NCBI GenBank assembly: GCA_017499595.2
Contig: CM039004.1
Span: 620,001 to 684,000, forward strand
Length of the DNA: 64,000 nt
Direction: 5' to 3'
Source: Psilocybe cubensis
Lineage: Eukaryota
Positions 1 to 11,212 of this stretch are shown piece by piece. A program made the translations under genes and the position numbers. Within the stretch, counting starts at the first letter, position 1, and the number at the start of each line of letters is the position of its first letter. A model generated the notes under the pieces. It searched no databases, was not told the DNA's origin, and saw only the letters and a program-made list of their open reading frames with translations.

Positions 1-1023
1 ACACTCATGATCCTTCAGCTGGCAGTGACTGTACCGAAAGTAAAGAAGGTTTAATTATCACTCACGGAATTTGTAGGTGTCCCTTTGTACGTTTCCCCTA
101 TCAAACTATTCCCCTCCCTCCATACTCATTCCATCTCTTTGCGGTTGGCTTTGCTTCGTCGGTGGTGGGAGGGCGGTCGTTGACGTAGAGTCAACAAAAA
201 AATACGACACACAACAGGTCACGCGCTGTCGGTCTATTTCAAATTCCGAACGATCACTATTGTAGCAAAAACTCCTCATCTACCAAAAATGGCACCCTTG
301 ATCAACGAAGCCGACGGCGGATGCCGTCTAAACGACGCCCTACCCAAACCTATGATGAAGTTGGTCTGTTGTGTTACGGTAGAGGGATAGATAGAGGGAT
401 ACTATACTAGGTTGTGAGAAATTGGATTCCGTGTATTTACTTTATGAAATGAACTCGCATCTTGCTAAACTAATGGATACAAAATGGATATGGTATCTCA
501 TGAATCTGGGGCACATTCAGGACCATAACCTAAATAGACATGTGGAATACGTACAGAGTAATGCTCAAGAGGTTATTTTGGACACCTGAGAGTCAAGGAA
601 GGTAGATTATGCCTGCAATACATGTTTACATTTAAAAACTAGAAGAAAGTAAGATTGCGATTGGGTGTAGAAAAGCTTGATGTAATACTGGAATAGCCTG
701 AATACTTGTTAAAGGGTGAGCAGCAAGGCGTTGTGTAAAACTAAAGTTCAAGTCATGAGTAAAGTAGCAAAGGAGCTCAGAATCGCATTATACTTACCTA
801 GTCAGACAAAAGTTGTAGGTGAACTGTAATTGCGATCAAGAACTGAAGCAAATTAAAGAACAAGGGGGAAAAGAAGGTACATTCATACCAACTCAAGTCA
901 AAGTACCGATACATCGTTGCTATTCATACCAATGTTCCGCTGAAGCCATGGAAAAGATCGGTCATTAAATGTGCCGTTGTGCCTAGACCCCAATTCTCGT
1001 TAAACTGCCTGGTAGTATACTCG

Positions 1024-1030
1024 TATAAAA
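1024..1030 (+). promoter_or_regulatory. TATA box of laccase gene
   Basis: TATAAAA starting 43 nt upstream of the ATG at 1067. Confidence 0.6.
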
Positions 1031-1504
1031 GGCTTGCTACAAAGATGTTCCTTTGCAAGTTTCAAGATGAATTTTCTTCTAAGCATCGCTACCCTTGGAC
1101 TGGGACTTCAAGCCTATGCTGTCATGATAGGTCCCTCCGCGACTTTGGTTATCGGAAACAAAAACATAGCTCCCGACGGAATTAAGCGCTCGTAACTTGA
1201 CCTTTTATTTTGTTACTCGTTTTGTTCTAAACAATCGCAGGGCTGTTTTAGCTGGAACTTCACTGGACACTCTATCTTTCCCCGGACCTGTAATTCGGGC
1301 CACAAAGGTACGTAAATTAATGGCTATTGCAATTTCATGAGTGGGAAACCGAGTGTACAATTTCTCAGGGCGACACGCTGAGCTTGAACGTCGTCAATCA
1401 GTTAACTGATGCCACTATGCTGATGGGCACGAGCATCGTGAGTACCTTTGTCTAGCCCTCATTATATTTCTTGAAGGTTTCTTCAGCATTGGCATGGTTT
1501 TCAT

Positions 1505-1516
1505 CAAAAAGGAACT
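1505..1516 (+). repeat. Target-site duplication, left copy (CAAAAAGGAACT)
   Basis: Identical to 3012-3023; encodes laccase Q-K-G-T. Confidence 0.95.
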
Positions 1517-3011
1517 TTTTTTTTTTTATTTTATGTTATAGCCTCTGAGGGGTGGGCCCCTCCCTTGGCTTAGTACTACCATTACAGTTTCTCTATATAG
1601 GTTGTAATCCTACTGTTCCATGTGTACTGTGTAAAGGAATAAGAAGTGTTGCTTATGAGAGATTACTAACATTTATTGCGGCGTGGTGTTTTCTGCGTGG
1701 GGTGCTGGAGTTGGAGTTGAAGGTTGAGGTTTCCTCTTCCGCTCCCGATATCGAGAGACTCGACACCAGGAGCCAAAGAGAAAAATGCCAGAGTGATAGA
1801 GCCGTTCTGTGATGTTCTTGTCTTCAAACCTAATGAGAATAGAAAGTCGGTCCTTCTGGAACTCCTCCCCATCGCGACAAAGAGCCCGTATTTGCCCTCG
1901 GATATCCTGCCTAGATACCCCTGCCTCATTTTCAAGTAATGACCATATGCTGTTTTTTGGAGTGGCGGAGTCGAAAGAGTCGCGAAGTGAATCGGCTGGG
2001 AGATCATGGACCACTATACCATGCCATGGCACATCCGAGTGAACTGTGGGTGGGTCACCAATAGTTGAATCAAAATTAGGAAAGCAATCGGAGGCCTGAG
2101 CTGCTTGAAGAATAGTCATCGGGCGAGCTTTTATTCTAGCAGTTCCAGTGTCGTTTGCAGTGTGGATAATGAGCCTTCCTGATTTTGAGACATTAGCTCC
2201 GAGAACATGACGAGGGGGGTCCCGTGACATTGGTGAGAGCTCGCTATTGAGTCGCTCCACAAAATCAGTGAGTGGACCAGATGGCTGTGTAAGTGGAAAG
2301 TCATCCCAGGATGCAATAAGGCGATTATTTGAGGAATAATGGCGGGTTGGACGAGTGACGTGAGGGCGGGTCTTAACAGGGCCTCCAGCAATTGGGGCTG
2401 GGGATGTCCTCTGCGGCGTGTGAGCTGGCTGAGCCACTGGTGTAGTTTTGGCCACTGTAGCGTATGACCGGGGCTCAGTAACCCTTTCAGGGTTTTGGGG
2501 GTGATATTCCGGGTCTGCCGGGAATAAGGTTGAGTGTAGCAGCAGAGCGGCGTGCATCGTTCGGTCACTGAGTGTGACGGTACCGTGAGAAATGCTCTGT
2601 ATAATCGCGACCGTTGCCAGAATGGAGTCCAGCAGCGTCTCGAGGTGAGCAACCTGTCCGGCAACAATGTCCGAAGACACAGCTGGCGGGGGCAGAGTAG
2701 ATGGGGGTGCAGCATCGGTGTTTGGGGCACTGTGTGGGTCCGCCAATGGTATGGGTGTGTTGACAGAGTGCTGTGGAGAGGGACCCGGAGGGGCATCCAC
2801 TGATTTCCGAGGGTGAGTTCTGCCTTTCTTTATAAGGCGCTTCGTATGGGGTGACCTCTTGGTCTGTAGCAGCTTTCGGCCATCACTCTCTGACTCTGTT
2901 GGGCCTGGGGTTGAGTCTGGAGAGCGCTGTCGCCGTGTACCCAGCAGCGGGGCCGGTGAGCTGGCACGCTGACCATGTTGATGGTGGTGGTTAGTGCGTG
3001 AGAACATCCTC
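1517..3011 (-). mobile_element. Non-autonomous non-LTR retroposon carrying only ORF1 (half-LINE / HAL1-like)
   Basis: Flanked by the direct repeat CAAAAAGGAACT (1505-1516 and 3012-3023). T-run 1516-1527 is a poly(A) tail on the minus strand. One intronless 444-aa ORF; interrupts a laccase exon. Confidence 0.92.
1673..3007 (-). CDS. LINE ORF1/gag-like protein (fungal Tad1-like), 444 aa, no CCHC knuckles
   Basis: Pro/Ser-rich basic N-terminus, a SYATVAK motif, and C-terminal motifs [10 protein letters not shown] and SILIRFED...[14 protein letters not shown] that resemble the region preceding the knuckles in fungal LINE ORF1. Confidence 0.75.
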   Translation of the reverse strand: MFSRTNHHHQHGQRASSPAPLLGTRRQRSPDSTPGPTESESDGRKLLQTKRSPHTKRLIKKGRTHPRKSVDAPPGPSPQHSVNTPIPLADPHSAPNTDAAPPSTLPPPAVSSDIVAGQVAHLETLLDSILATVAIIQSISHGTVTLSDRTMHAALLLHSTLFPADPEYHPQNPERVTEPRSYATVAKTTPVAQPAHTPQRTSPAPIAGGPVKTRPHVTRPTRHYSSNNRLIASWDDFPLTQPSGPLTDFVERLNSELSPMSRDPPRHVLGANVSKSGRLIIHTANDTGTARIKARPMTILQAAQASDCFPNFDSTIGDPPTVHSDVPWHGIVVHDLPADSLRDSFDSATPKNSIWSLLENEAGVSRQDIRGQIRALCRDGEEFQKDRLSILIRFEDKNITERLYHSGIFLFGSWCRVSRYRERKRKPQPSTPTPAPHAENTTPQ

Positions 3012-3023
3012 CAAAAAGGAACT
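3012..3023 (+). repeat. Target-site duplication, right copy (CAAAAAGGAACT)
   Basis: Identical to 1505-1516; directly followed by laccase codons S-W-A-D-G. Confidence 0.95.
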
Positions 3024-5546
3024 AGTTGGGCAGACGGTGTTGTCGGCGTGACTCAGTGCCCTATTGCTCCTGGTCATTCTTTCCTATATCAGTTTCCCAC
3101 GGCCAACCAAGCTGGGACTTTTTGGTATCATTCTCATTACTGTGCGTATAGAGTCTAGGATATAAATCAAGGCGGAGATATTGATATATTTACTATACAG
3201 CTACACAGTATTGCGATGGCCTTAGAGGAGCTTTGATTGTTTATGATCCAACCGATCCCTATAGAACCTGGTGCGTGTTTTAATGGTAGCGCTAAAAATT
3301 AGTTTAAATTCATCCTAATTTATTTATATACGTAGGTATGATATCGACGACGGTAAGTCTCCCCTGTTTCGTCCCTTGCTAAGAAGCTGATAGCGACGAT
3401 TCTTGTCCTATCATGTGTCACAGAAAGTACAATCATTACCCTTGCAGATTGGTGGGTTCCAATATGACGTGTATTGCTCAGCCGTAATCTGACTTCCTTT
3501 TCGAAACAAAGGTATCATAAGGCTGCTCCTCTACAGACCCTCCGAACTGCTAAGGAAGATTCAGTTCTGATCAACGGGCAAGGTCGCGTTCCCGGAGATA
3601 AAACTACTGATTCAACTCCCTTGTCAGTCATAAACATAATTCCCCAAAAGCGATATCGGTTCCGTCTCATTTCAATTTCGTGTGATCCTGCATTTTCTTT
3701 CTCGATTGATGGTCATTCTATGGTAAGTCCGCTTATCAAATTTGTTAATCTAATTTTCATATGACATACTACATGATAGACCGTCATCGAAGCTGACTCT
3801 CAGAGCGTGCAACCTCTTACTGTGAATGAAATTACTATCTTCGCGGGTCAACGATATTCTTTTATTCTTTATGCCAATAATCCGGTCGGAAACTACTGGA
3901 TTCGGTCGCAGCCTACATACCCAGATGATGGGATACAAGGCTATGCAGGAGGCATCAACTCTGCCATACTACGTTACTCTGGAGCCCCCGCAGTCAATCC
4001 AACGACAAAAAAGGCTTCCATTACTATTCCTTTGGTTGAAGCAGATCTACGGCCTCTCTATAGCCCGGCCGCCCCGGGCCTTCCATCTCCAGGAGCTGCC
4101 GACGTCAACATCAAGCTCGATATTTCTTACAACTCACCTTCCGAGACGTTTTTCGTTAATAATTTCACCTTCCCAGAAGTCCCGGTTCCAGTGTTGCTCC
4201 AGATACTCAGCGGAGCCCAGTCAGCAAATGATTTGCTCCCCGCCGGATCGGTTTATACTCTCCCCCCTAATAAAGTCATAGAAATATCTATGCCCGGTGG
4301 AAGGCCCGGAAGCCCAGTAAGCTTCTCAGTTACACAAATCGTTTTCAACCCCTCTTATCTTGCCGCCTATAGCACCCTATGCATTTGCATGGCGTATGTG
4401 ATTGATCTTCATGTAGTTGACGTTACCTGACGACTCTTTTTAGCACGATTTCTCCGTCGTGCGAAGCGCCGGCAGCAATCGGTACAACTATGCCAATCCT
4501 GTCAGGCGCGACGTAGTGAACATAGGAAGGGAAGATACGGACAACGTTACCATACGTTTCAAGACCGACAATTCCGGCCCTTGGATCCTGCACTGGTGTG
4601 TCTGCCTATTCCACTATAGCCACATATTCATGCCCTGATTACGCACACATCAGCCACATTGATTGGCATATTGAGGCGTAAGTCTCAATCAGTGAAAAGC
4701 CTTTAATGATGAGATTGAATACTTTTTCTCCAGTGGTTTGGCGGTGGTTTTCACAGAGGACATTCCATCCATTCAATTCAGCAGCCCTCCTCGTACGCCT
4801 CCATGTACTATTTTCATTGATACCCTTGACTCAGATCATTTATCTAGCTGCTTGGGATCAACTTTGTCCCATTTTCAACGCCATACCTCCTCAAAAGTTC
4901 CATTAATCGGCATCGTCTTCTAGCCGTCGGAGCACCAATGCTTGGATACACCGCGTCCATGTACCTCACCGGATGGTTAGGAGAATGAAGTGCCGTCAAA
5001 TTTCAAGCTTGTAGTATTTTTCGTTTCTACTCAAACCCAGTTCACTTTTTGTTACTGTGCTGCGAATGAAGATCATACGTTGTATAAACATATTACAACT
5101 GTTCAGTATATTCTGATGGTTTAAACAATAGCCCCACAAAAAGAATGGATTGAATTATGACAACAGTAACCTACCTGGACAGAATTCCTTTCCTGTATGC
5201 TCCTATCACGAATTAAACGTAGTCTTGATACTATCAACCTCTAACTCTAACTCGGTCCTGATCACTGGCAATCACTGTACTAGATGCAGATCGAACTAGA
5301 AATAAAAGCGTTCATAGTATCTAGTCTATCCGATAATATACACCAATTTTGGCTTCCTGCGAACCTCATGGGCTATAGTGCTACGGGAGGTTTGTAGACA
5401 GGCAAGACTATCACTTGGCAGTAGTTTGGCATTTATTAGTAAGTAAGAGAGACAGACGAAATGGTCTGCTGATGACGTCGAGATATTCACTCAATCAGAG
5501 TATATTATGATGCCGACTACACGATACCTCCAGTTTGCCTCGTACC

Positions 5547-5892
5547 ATGCCTCCCTTCTCTATTATTGCGCTCATAATAGCCGGTTGTGCATTGGGAGCA
5601 TCTGCGGTTAGTGAGGAAGTTGCGTTATACTCAGTTACTATGATAGATGCTCATTCAAAAATACTTTTACATTCGCACAGAAGCTTGACATACGCAAAGA
5701 GGAACCTACCGTATTCACAGCCAAGGAGATATATCGCACTCTCATCCCAGAGTCTCCTTATATAGTTGATAGGACGACTACGATTACCTGGACGTAAGCC
5801 TGGAAATGTTACAGCATCCACCATCAATGAAACGATAGAACTTATGTCTTATTTCTATTCATAGAGAATTCCCCACTGCCACTTCGTCTTAA
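5547..5892 (+). CDS. Small secreted protein (~67 aa, 3 exons)
   Basis: Spliced: MPPFSIIALIIAGCALGASA|KLDIRKEEPTVFTAKEIYRTLIPESPYIVDRTTTITWT|EFPTATSS*. Two GT-AG introns; hydrophobic signal peptide. Confidence 0.65.
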
Positions 5893-6520
5893 ATTCAACC
5901 AACAAGGACGCCTGCAAGGTTTCCGTAGTACAAAGTGTTGTCCATTACTCCACAACCGTGAAATGTACTAGCTTGGTAGTGTTATTCAGAATAAAAACAA
6001 CAAAATATTGGCTTGATTTGGAGCAATCAAAGTTCAACGAAAGATTTGGATACCAATCTGAACGTGGAAAACACTTGTCTATAATCCAAGCTCATAAAAT
6101 CATGCTCTACTAGCCATAAGTAGTGCTCTGCTGTAATTTTCAGGGCGCCGTTCCTGGTCTCTGTCCATCCCGTTCATCTCAAGTGATCCTATTGATATTG
6201 GCCAAGCTTAGGTACTGACAAATGCATTTTCCCACGGCACTCATAGGTGCCGCTCGAGATGACTTACTAATAGTGGTATGGGAGAGCAGGTGTTTTCAAG
6301 TATGACATTCAGGAGTAGTGAGCGCGAGAGTCAGCTATGTGTCTACCATGCTGAAGTTCTACACTTTAAAGCGTTCTAGTGGAATAAAAACGACTCATTT
6401 CGGAATCGATGAGCGGGTGTCCCAAAATGGGTTGGTTTGTACCACCCGTTTTAGAAAGTGTACTGCCTATTCGAGTCTCAAGTTGTTGTATTTTAGGTAT
6501 ATCATCGGCATTAAATTATG

Positions 6521-6528
6521 TATAAAAG
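6521..6528 (+). promoter_or_regulatory. TATA box of KEP gene
   Basis: TATAAAAG, followed by two apparent 5'UTR introns (GTGAGT..AACAG and GTATCG..AACAG) before the ATG at 6729. Confidence 0.55.
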
Positions 6529-6728
6529 GGAAGAGAATGTACCCCATCCTCCATCGAGCTCCCCAGCTTCACTCTTAAGGTGAGTGAGCTTTCAGTCACC
6601 TGCTACCAGCTTGCATTAGTAACGGACACGCAAACAGTTCAAAAATACTTTTGAATCGAATTATCACCGTAGGTATCGGTTGACCTCGAGAGTCAGAACA
6701 GCTTGCTGACTCCGATTGTTAACAGAAA

Positions 6729-7430
6729 ATGTTTCCCTCAATGACTCTGACTATCCTTGTGCTGTCCGCCCTGATTTCCAACGCTATTGCCCTGCCTCAG
6801 TTCAGCGGTAATGGAAATAATGGGAACATCAACTCAGGAAACGGAGGCAATGAGAGCGGAAATGGACATGGTGGATACAACAGTGCCAACAGAAACGGTG
6901 GTTTTTACCCAGACTACAGAATACCATTCTACCGCCGGGAGCCAGAACCAGAACCACAATTCAGCGGTGATGAAAATAACGGGAATATCAACTCCGGAAA
7001 TGGAGGATACGGTAGTGGTAATGGAGATGGCGGGGCCTATAACAGCAACGAAAACGACGATATGTTCTCGTACGGAGGATACAAGTACGACATGCCCATT
7101 CCAATGTACCACCGCGAGCCAGAGCCAGAACCGCAATTCAGCGGTAACGGAAATAACGGCAATATCAACTCCGGAAATGGAGGACACGGTAGTGGAAATG
7201 GAAATGGCGGGACCCATAACAGCAACGGAAACGGCGGTGTCTCCTCGCACAGAGGGTATTACCCGTACGACATGCCAGTGTACTACCGTGAGCCAGAGCC
7301 AGAGCCCCAGTTCACTGGAGACGGCAATAACGGCAACGTCAACTCTGGAAACGGAGGCCACCACAGTGGCAATGGGTACGGTGGTTCCGGCAACGCACAC
7401 GGAAATGGTGGTCACAGGTACCATTACTGA
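6729..7430 (+). CDS. Kex2-processed repeat protein (KEP): secreted precursor of four Gly/Asn-rich peptides
   Basis: Signal peptide, then four repeats starting QF(S/T)G..NNGN(I/V)NSGNGG, separated by RR-EPEPEP, HR-EPEPEP and YR-EPEPEP. Confidence 0.85.
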   Translation: MFPSMTLTILVLSALISNAIALPQFSGNGNNGNINSGNGGNESGNGHGGYNSANRNGGFYPDYRIPFYRREPEPEPQFSGDENNGNINSGNGGYGSGNGDGGAYNSNENDDMFSYGGYKYDMPIPMYHREPEPEPQFSGNGNNGNINSGNGGHGSGNGNGGTHNSNGNGGVSSHRGYYPYDMPVYYREPEPEPQFTGDGNNGNVNSGNGGHHSGNGYGGSGNAHGNGGHRYHY

Positions 7431-7789
7431 TTCTCCAAGGATGTCCACCGCAAGCATGAATGAAGGGAAAGGGATATATGAAAGAAAGAAAGAAAGAAAG
7501 AAGAGGATAATTAGATAGCGTGTATATCAAAACAATACACGTACTATTCATGCAATGCAAGTTGGTTTCTGTTGGCAATACAGATAGTTTTGAGTAACCT
7601 GGAGCAGAGATGATCGACAGAGAGTTTTCCCATTCAGTTACTTGTTTCATAAACGCAGAGATCAGAAGAACTGATTGAAACTTCAAGCCTCAATGTTTGT
7701 TCTGAGTGAGCTTTCGCGCGATTTGGACATACAAAATGATAAAATATATTACATGTATACAATGAGTTCGGTTGAGATTGGTTCAAACT

Positions 7790-9879
7790 TCAACGAATGA
7801 AAATAGTCTTAACCTCTGTATAGGCATCGATGGCTATAGAGGTGGAGTGGTCAGTTCCCCCGCATTGGATTCACAGATTTGGGTACTCACAATGATGTCC
7901 GAGTTCACGACCAATGCCGGAGCCTTTCCAGCCGCCGAAAGCAAGGTCTGGGTGGGCATTTCCTGTAGTGTTCACGCCGACCTGTCCAGCTTCGAGTCCT
8001 TTGGCGAATCGAATGGCGCGTGAAACGTCTTTCGTGAAGACACTGACGAGGAGAATCAGTTTACCCTTGCTCGAGTGCAGATTGAACAAATGACTTACTA
8101 AGCCGCCAAGCCATACTCAGTATCGTTTGCCCTGTACTTTTCATGAATTTTGTGTGTTATATATTTTTACCATTATCACACACCTCTTCAGCACTTCCTC
8201 CTCTGTGGTGAATTTGTGGAGTATTGCCACTGGACCAAATATCTCTTCCTTGTTGATTATAGCATCATCTTTGACATCAACGAATATGGTAGGTTTGACA
8301 TAGAATCCCTAGGACACAGAGAAAATAAAATTTCTGAAGAAAGGACGAAAAATCACTCGTACCTTTTCATCTCCGGCGGCTCCACCAGTCAGAACCTTAG
8401 CACCTTCAGCTTTCCCAGTTTCGATATATTGCAGGACGCGTTTATGCTGAACGGAGAATTAGCCAGCATTACATGGCTGACTTTTGTACAACGTACCTGA
8501 AGAATGTCGACTTGCGGACCCGAAGAGTATGACTCGTCAGTGGGGTCTCCGACTTTGTAACTTTGAGCAGCCGCAGAAAGCTTTTCCGAAAACTTGTCGA
8601 AGATCGTGTCTTGGACATACACCCGCGTTCCAGCGATGCAAATCTGACCGGAATTTCTATTGAATCCACCCAGAACTCTGCGATGGATAAAAATGAGTAA
8701 ACCGGTAGGCCATTCGAAGGTATGATACGTACCTGGTGACGGCATCTTCCATGTCACAATCGTCGAACACGATGACAGGGCTTTTACCACCAAGCTCAAG
8801 CGTGCACGACTTCAGGTTGGACCGTGCAGCAGCCTCTGCGACGGCCTTCCCAGCAATAGCAGAACCGGTAAAAGCAATTTTACGAATGCGCATATGGGAA
8901 GCCAGGAGCTGTCCTGTCTCCCGGGCGCCACTCAGGATGCTCAAAACACCGTCAGGGAGTCTGTACACCGTCATTAAAGGGTTTGGCTACGATACGGATG
9001 TGATGTACATACCCAGCTTTCACGGCAAGTTCTGCAAAAATAAGAGCACTGAGAGGTGACTTCTCACTGGTCTTAATAATACTTGCATTTCCAGTAGCCA
9101 CTAGTTGAAAGAAATGAAGGTGAGTTCACCTTCATTGCTGCTGTTCAAAGAAGAAACTTACACGCTGGCGCCGTTTTCCATGCAAGCATAGCAAGAGGCC
9201 CGTTCCTATTTACACAATATAATCTTTTAGTGATTGGCCAAGTATTAATTTAGAGGATAACGCACCAGGGTATGATTCCGGCTGTGACACCATACGGTTG
9301 ACGAATCTCCAAACCCAAAAAGCCTGGTACATTCAAACTAGTCTTTCCGTGTATTTTATCTCTATAGTTGGGAGGAATTAGCACTACTTCATTAGATAGT
9401 TCGATCAAAACTTACGCCGCTCCAGCAAACCAGCGATAGACATATGCGACACCGTGGGCCTCGATACTAGGCGACAGAAATGTTAGTTATGACTATTTCC
9501 ATTTAAGGCTAACAGATTAGGCGTACATTGAATCCTTCAGGGGTTTTCCCATCTCCAACGATTGTACCATCCCAAGAGTGTTAGCATTTTCATCAACAAG
9601 ATCGGCCAGTTTGTGCATGATTCTGGAGCGGGTAGACGGGTCACCGTCAGCCCACGCAGGCCATGCCTTTTCTGCAGCGTCGACTGCAGCATCAACCTCT
9701 TTCTGTCCTGCAACGTGCACTGATGCTAACTTCTCTTTGTTGGCGGGATTGATTACGTCGATGCGTTCGCCATTACCCTCGACAAACTACAACACGGTTA
9801 TCATTAAGAGTAAGGAAAACGAGAGGTATAGACGAACCTTTCCAGCAATAAATAGGCGTTCTTCGAGTTGAATTGACAT
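7790..9879 (-). CDS. Aldehyde dehydrogenase (copy 1)
   Basis: [21 protein letters not shown] (catalytic Cys), EEIFGPV, FGGWKGSGIGRELG; ends KTIFIR*. Confidence 0.93.
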
Positions 9880-11212
9880 GGTGGGGTAAAATTCAGTTCT
9901 TATCGATGAATTCGACTGTCCTCTTGAAAGGCCCCTTCTTATAGAAACCTTGCCCACCAATGTCACGCCTCACATGGACGTAAAGAGGGGACCTCGGCAT
10001 GGAACGTGTATGCGATGGCCCAGAATAGTACCCGACACCGAAGCAAGTTTCCCAATGTGATTCCATTTTTCACTTTGAGGGGGCAGATTTTAACATATAA
10101 TAAGGTCTTGTTCGTCGGAAAGATTCAGAAGCGTTACTTCATGGATAAATGAATTATCATGTGGAGCAATGCGAGTACCCAAAGCAACCGGGAGCAAGTC
10201 AGTGGGTATGACAATGAGAAAAGAGATTCACTCCTACAGTTCCCGTCTCCCAACAAAAACTTGCTTATTAAGACGTAGCTTCGAATTCCGTCTGTATCCG
10301 AGTATTTCTGTGTCGCCAATTCGCTTAGCAAGCGATCTTACACCGTCCTCGTAGAGAGATCCTTTAATAGAATGGTGATGTCCGGCATTTTAGTACAGCA
10401 GCTCTGTAAAAGGCGGATATTGAGAATCCACCGTTGAGATATGGAAGAGATTGCGATGAGGGTCGTGGAAAAGATTACCGACGTTCGTGTTCAACGCGTA
10501 AGCAGGTGCAAACAGTCGGCTATTCCGGGTTTCTTTCAACCGGTTGACTGTTATAATGAAGTCTGAGCGACCTTCACACAACCTTGACATTGCTTTACAT
10601 GTTGATCACTAAATAGTACTAGCCATTAGAATAAATCAAAACACACTATATTCTGGATTTCTGACCGAAGTGACAGTATGTAATCGCGATCTATTCTCAT
10701 TGGCATGTGCACGAGAAAACTCCGTACTGTAGAATAGCAGGATCAAACATCACCACGAACTTACTTGCAAACAAATCTCACCAAGTCCGAAATTGCATTT
10801 AGGTTCAATTTTCAGGCTCTTAGGTCTGCGTTGAGAGGAAAGGAAATGATATGTCATGTCAAGTTCAAAAGAATGGCTTCGTCCGTCACCGAAATGGACG
10901 TCGAAGCAGCATGTATCAAGCTCGGGCCCGAGCCTATTACGTGGAATCATTTTGATTTTCTTATCACAAAAACTAAACTTCTAAGCTCATCACGAAATGC
11001 TGGACGTGTTGGGGAACATTGAAAGCTGCGTCAAGATGCTGTAAAAAAATTGATGGAATCATGCCTGTGAGAGTAACCAGATTCTTAGCAGACGCAGTGC
11101 GTAAAACGATAAGAGAAGTCATTGACAAGAATTAAATTTTTTGAAGACAACAGAACGAGTGCACTGTTTCTAGAATGTAATCCGATCCAGCGCCTGCGAC
11201 CTATGCTAAAAC

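Larger units (their letters stand above)
1067..4906 (+). pseudogene. psiL: Laccase (AA1_1 multicopper oxidase); allele disrupted by a retroposon insertion, otherwise intact. PsiL identity is tentative
   Basis: Signal peptide MNFLLSIATLGLGLQAYA. All four copper motifs are recovered after splicing: HWHGFHQ, WYHSH, HPMHLHGH, HCHIDWH. Removing the 1517-3011 insert and one TSD copy restores [24 protein letters not shown] and a ~528-aa protein (hand count) ending PPQKFH*. With the insert the frame stops at TAG 1571-1573. The psiL symbol rests on my recollection of the Psilocybe cubensis protein and needs BLAST; the confidence value refers to the laccase call. Confidence 0.9.

Noticed and set aside
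360-930. AT-rich stretch upstream of the laccase with short direct repeats (TAGAGGGATA x2, ATTCATACCA x2); possible solo LTR
   Set aside because: No TG...CA ends with a matching TSD and no second copy in the window
6787-7518. Long overlapping ORFs (243 aa on +, 207 aa on -) over the KEP gene
   Set aside because: Shadow frames kept open by repetitive Gly/Asn codons; only 6729-7430 has a signal peptide and processing motifs
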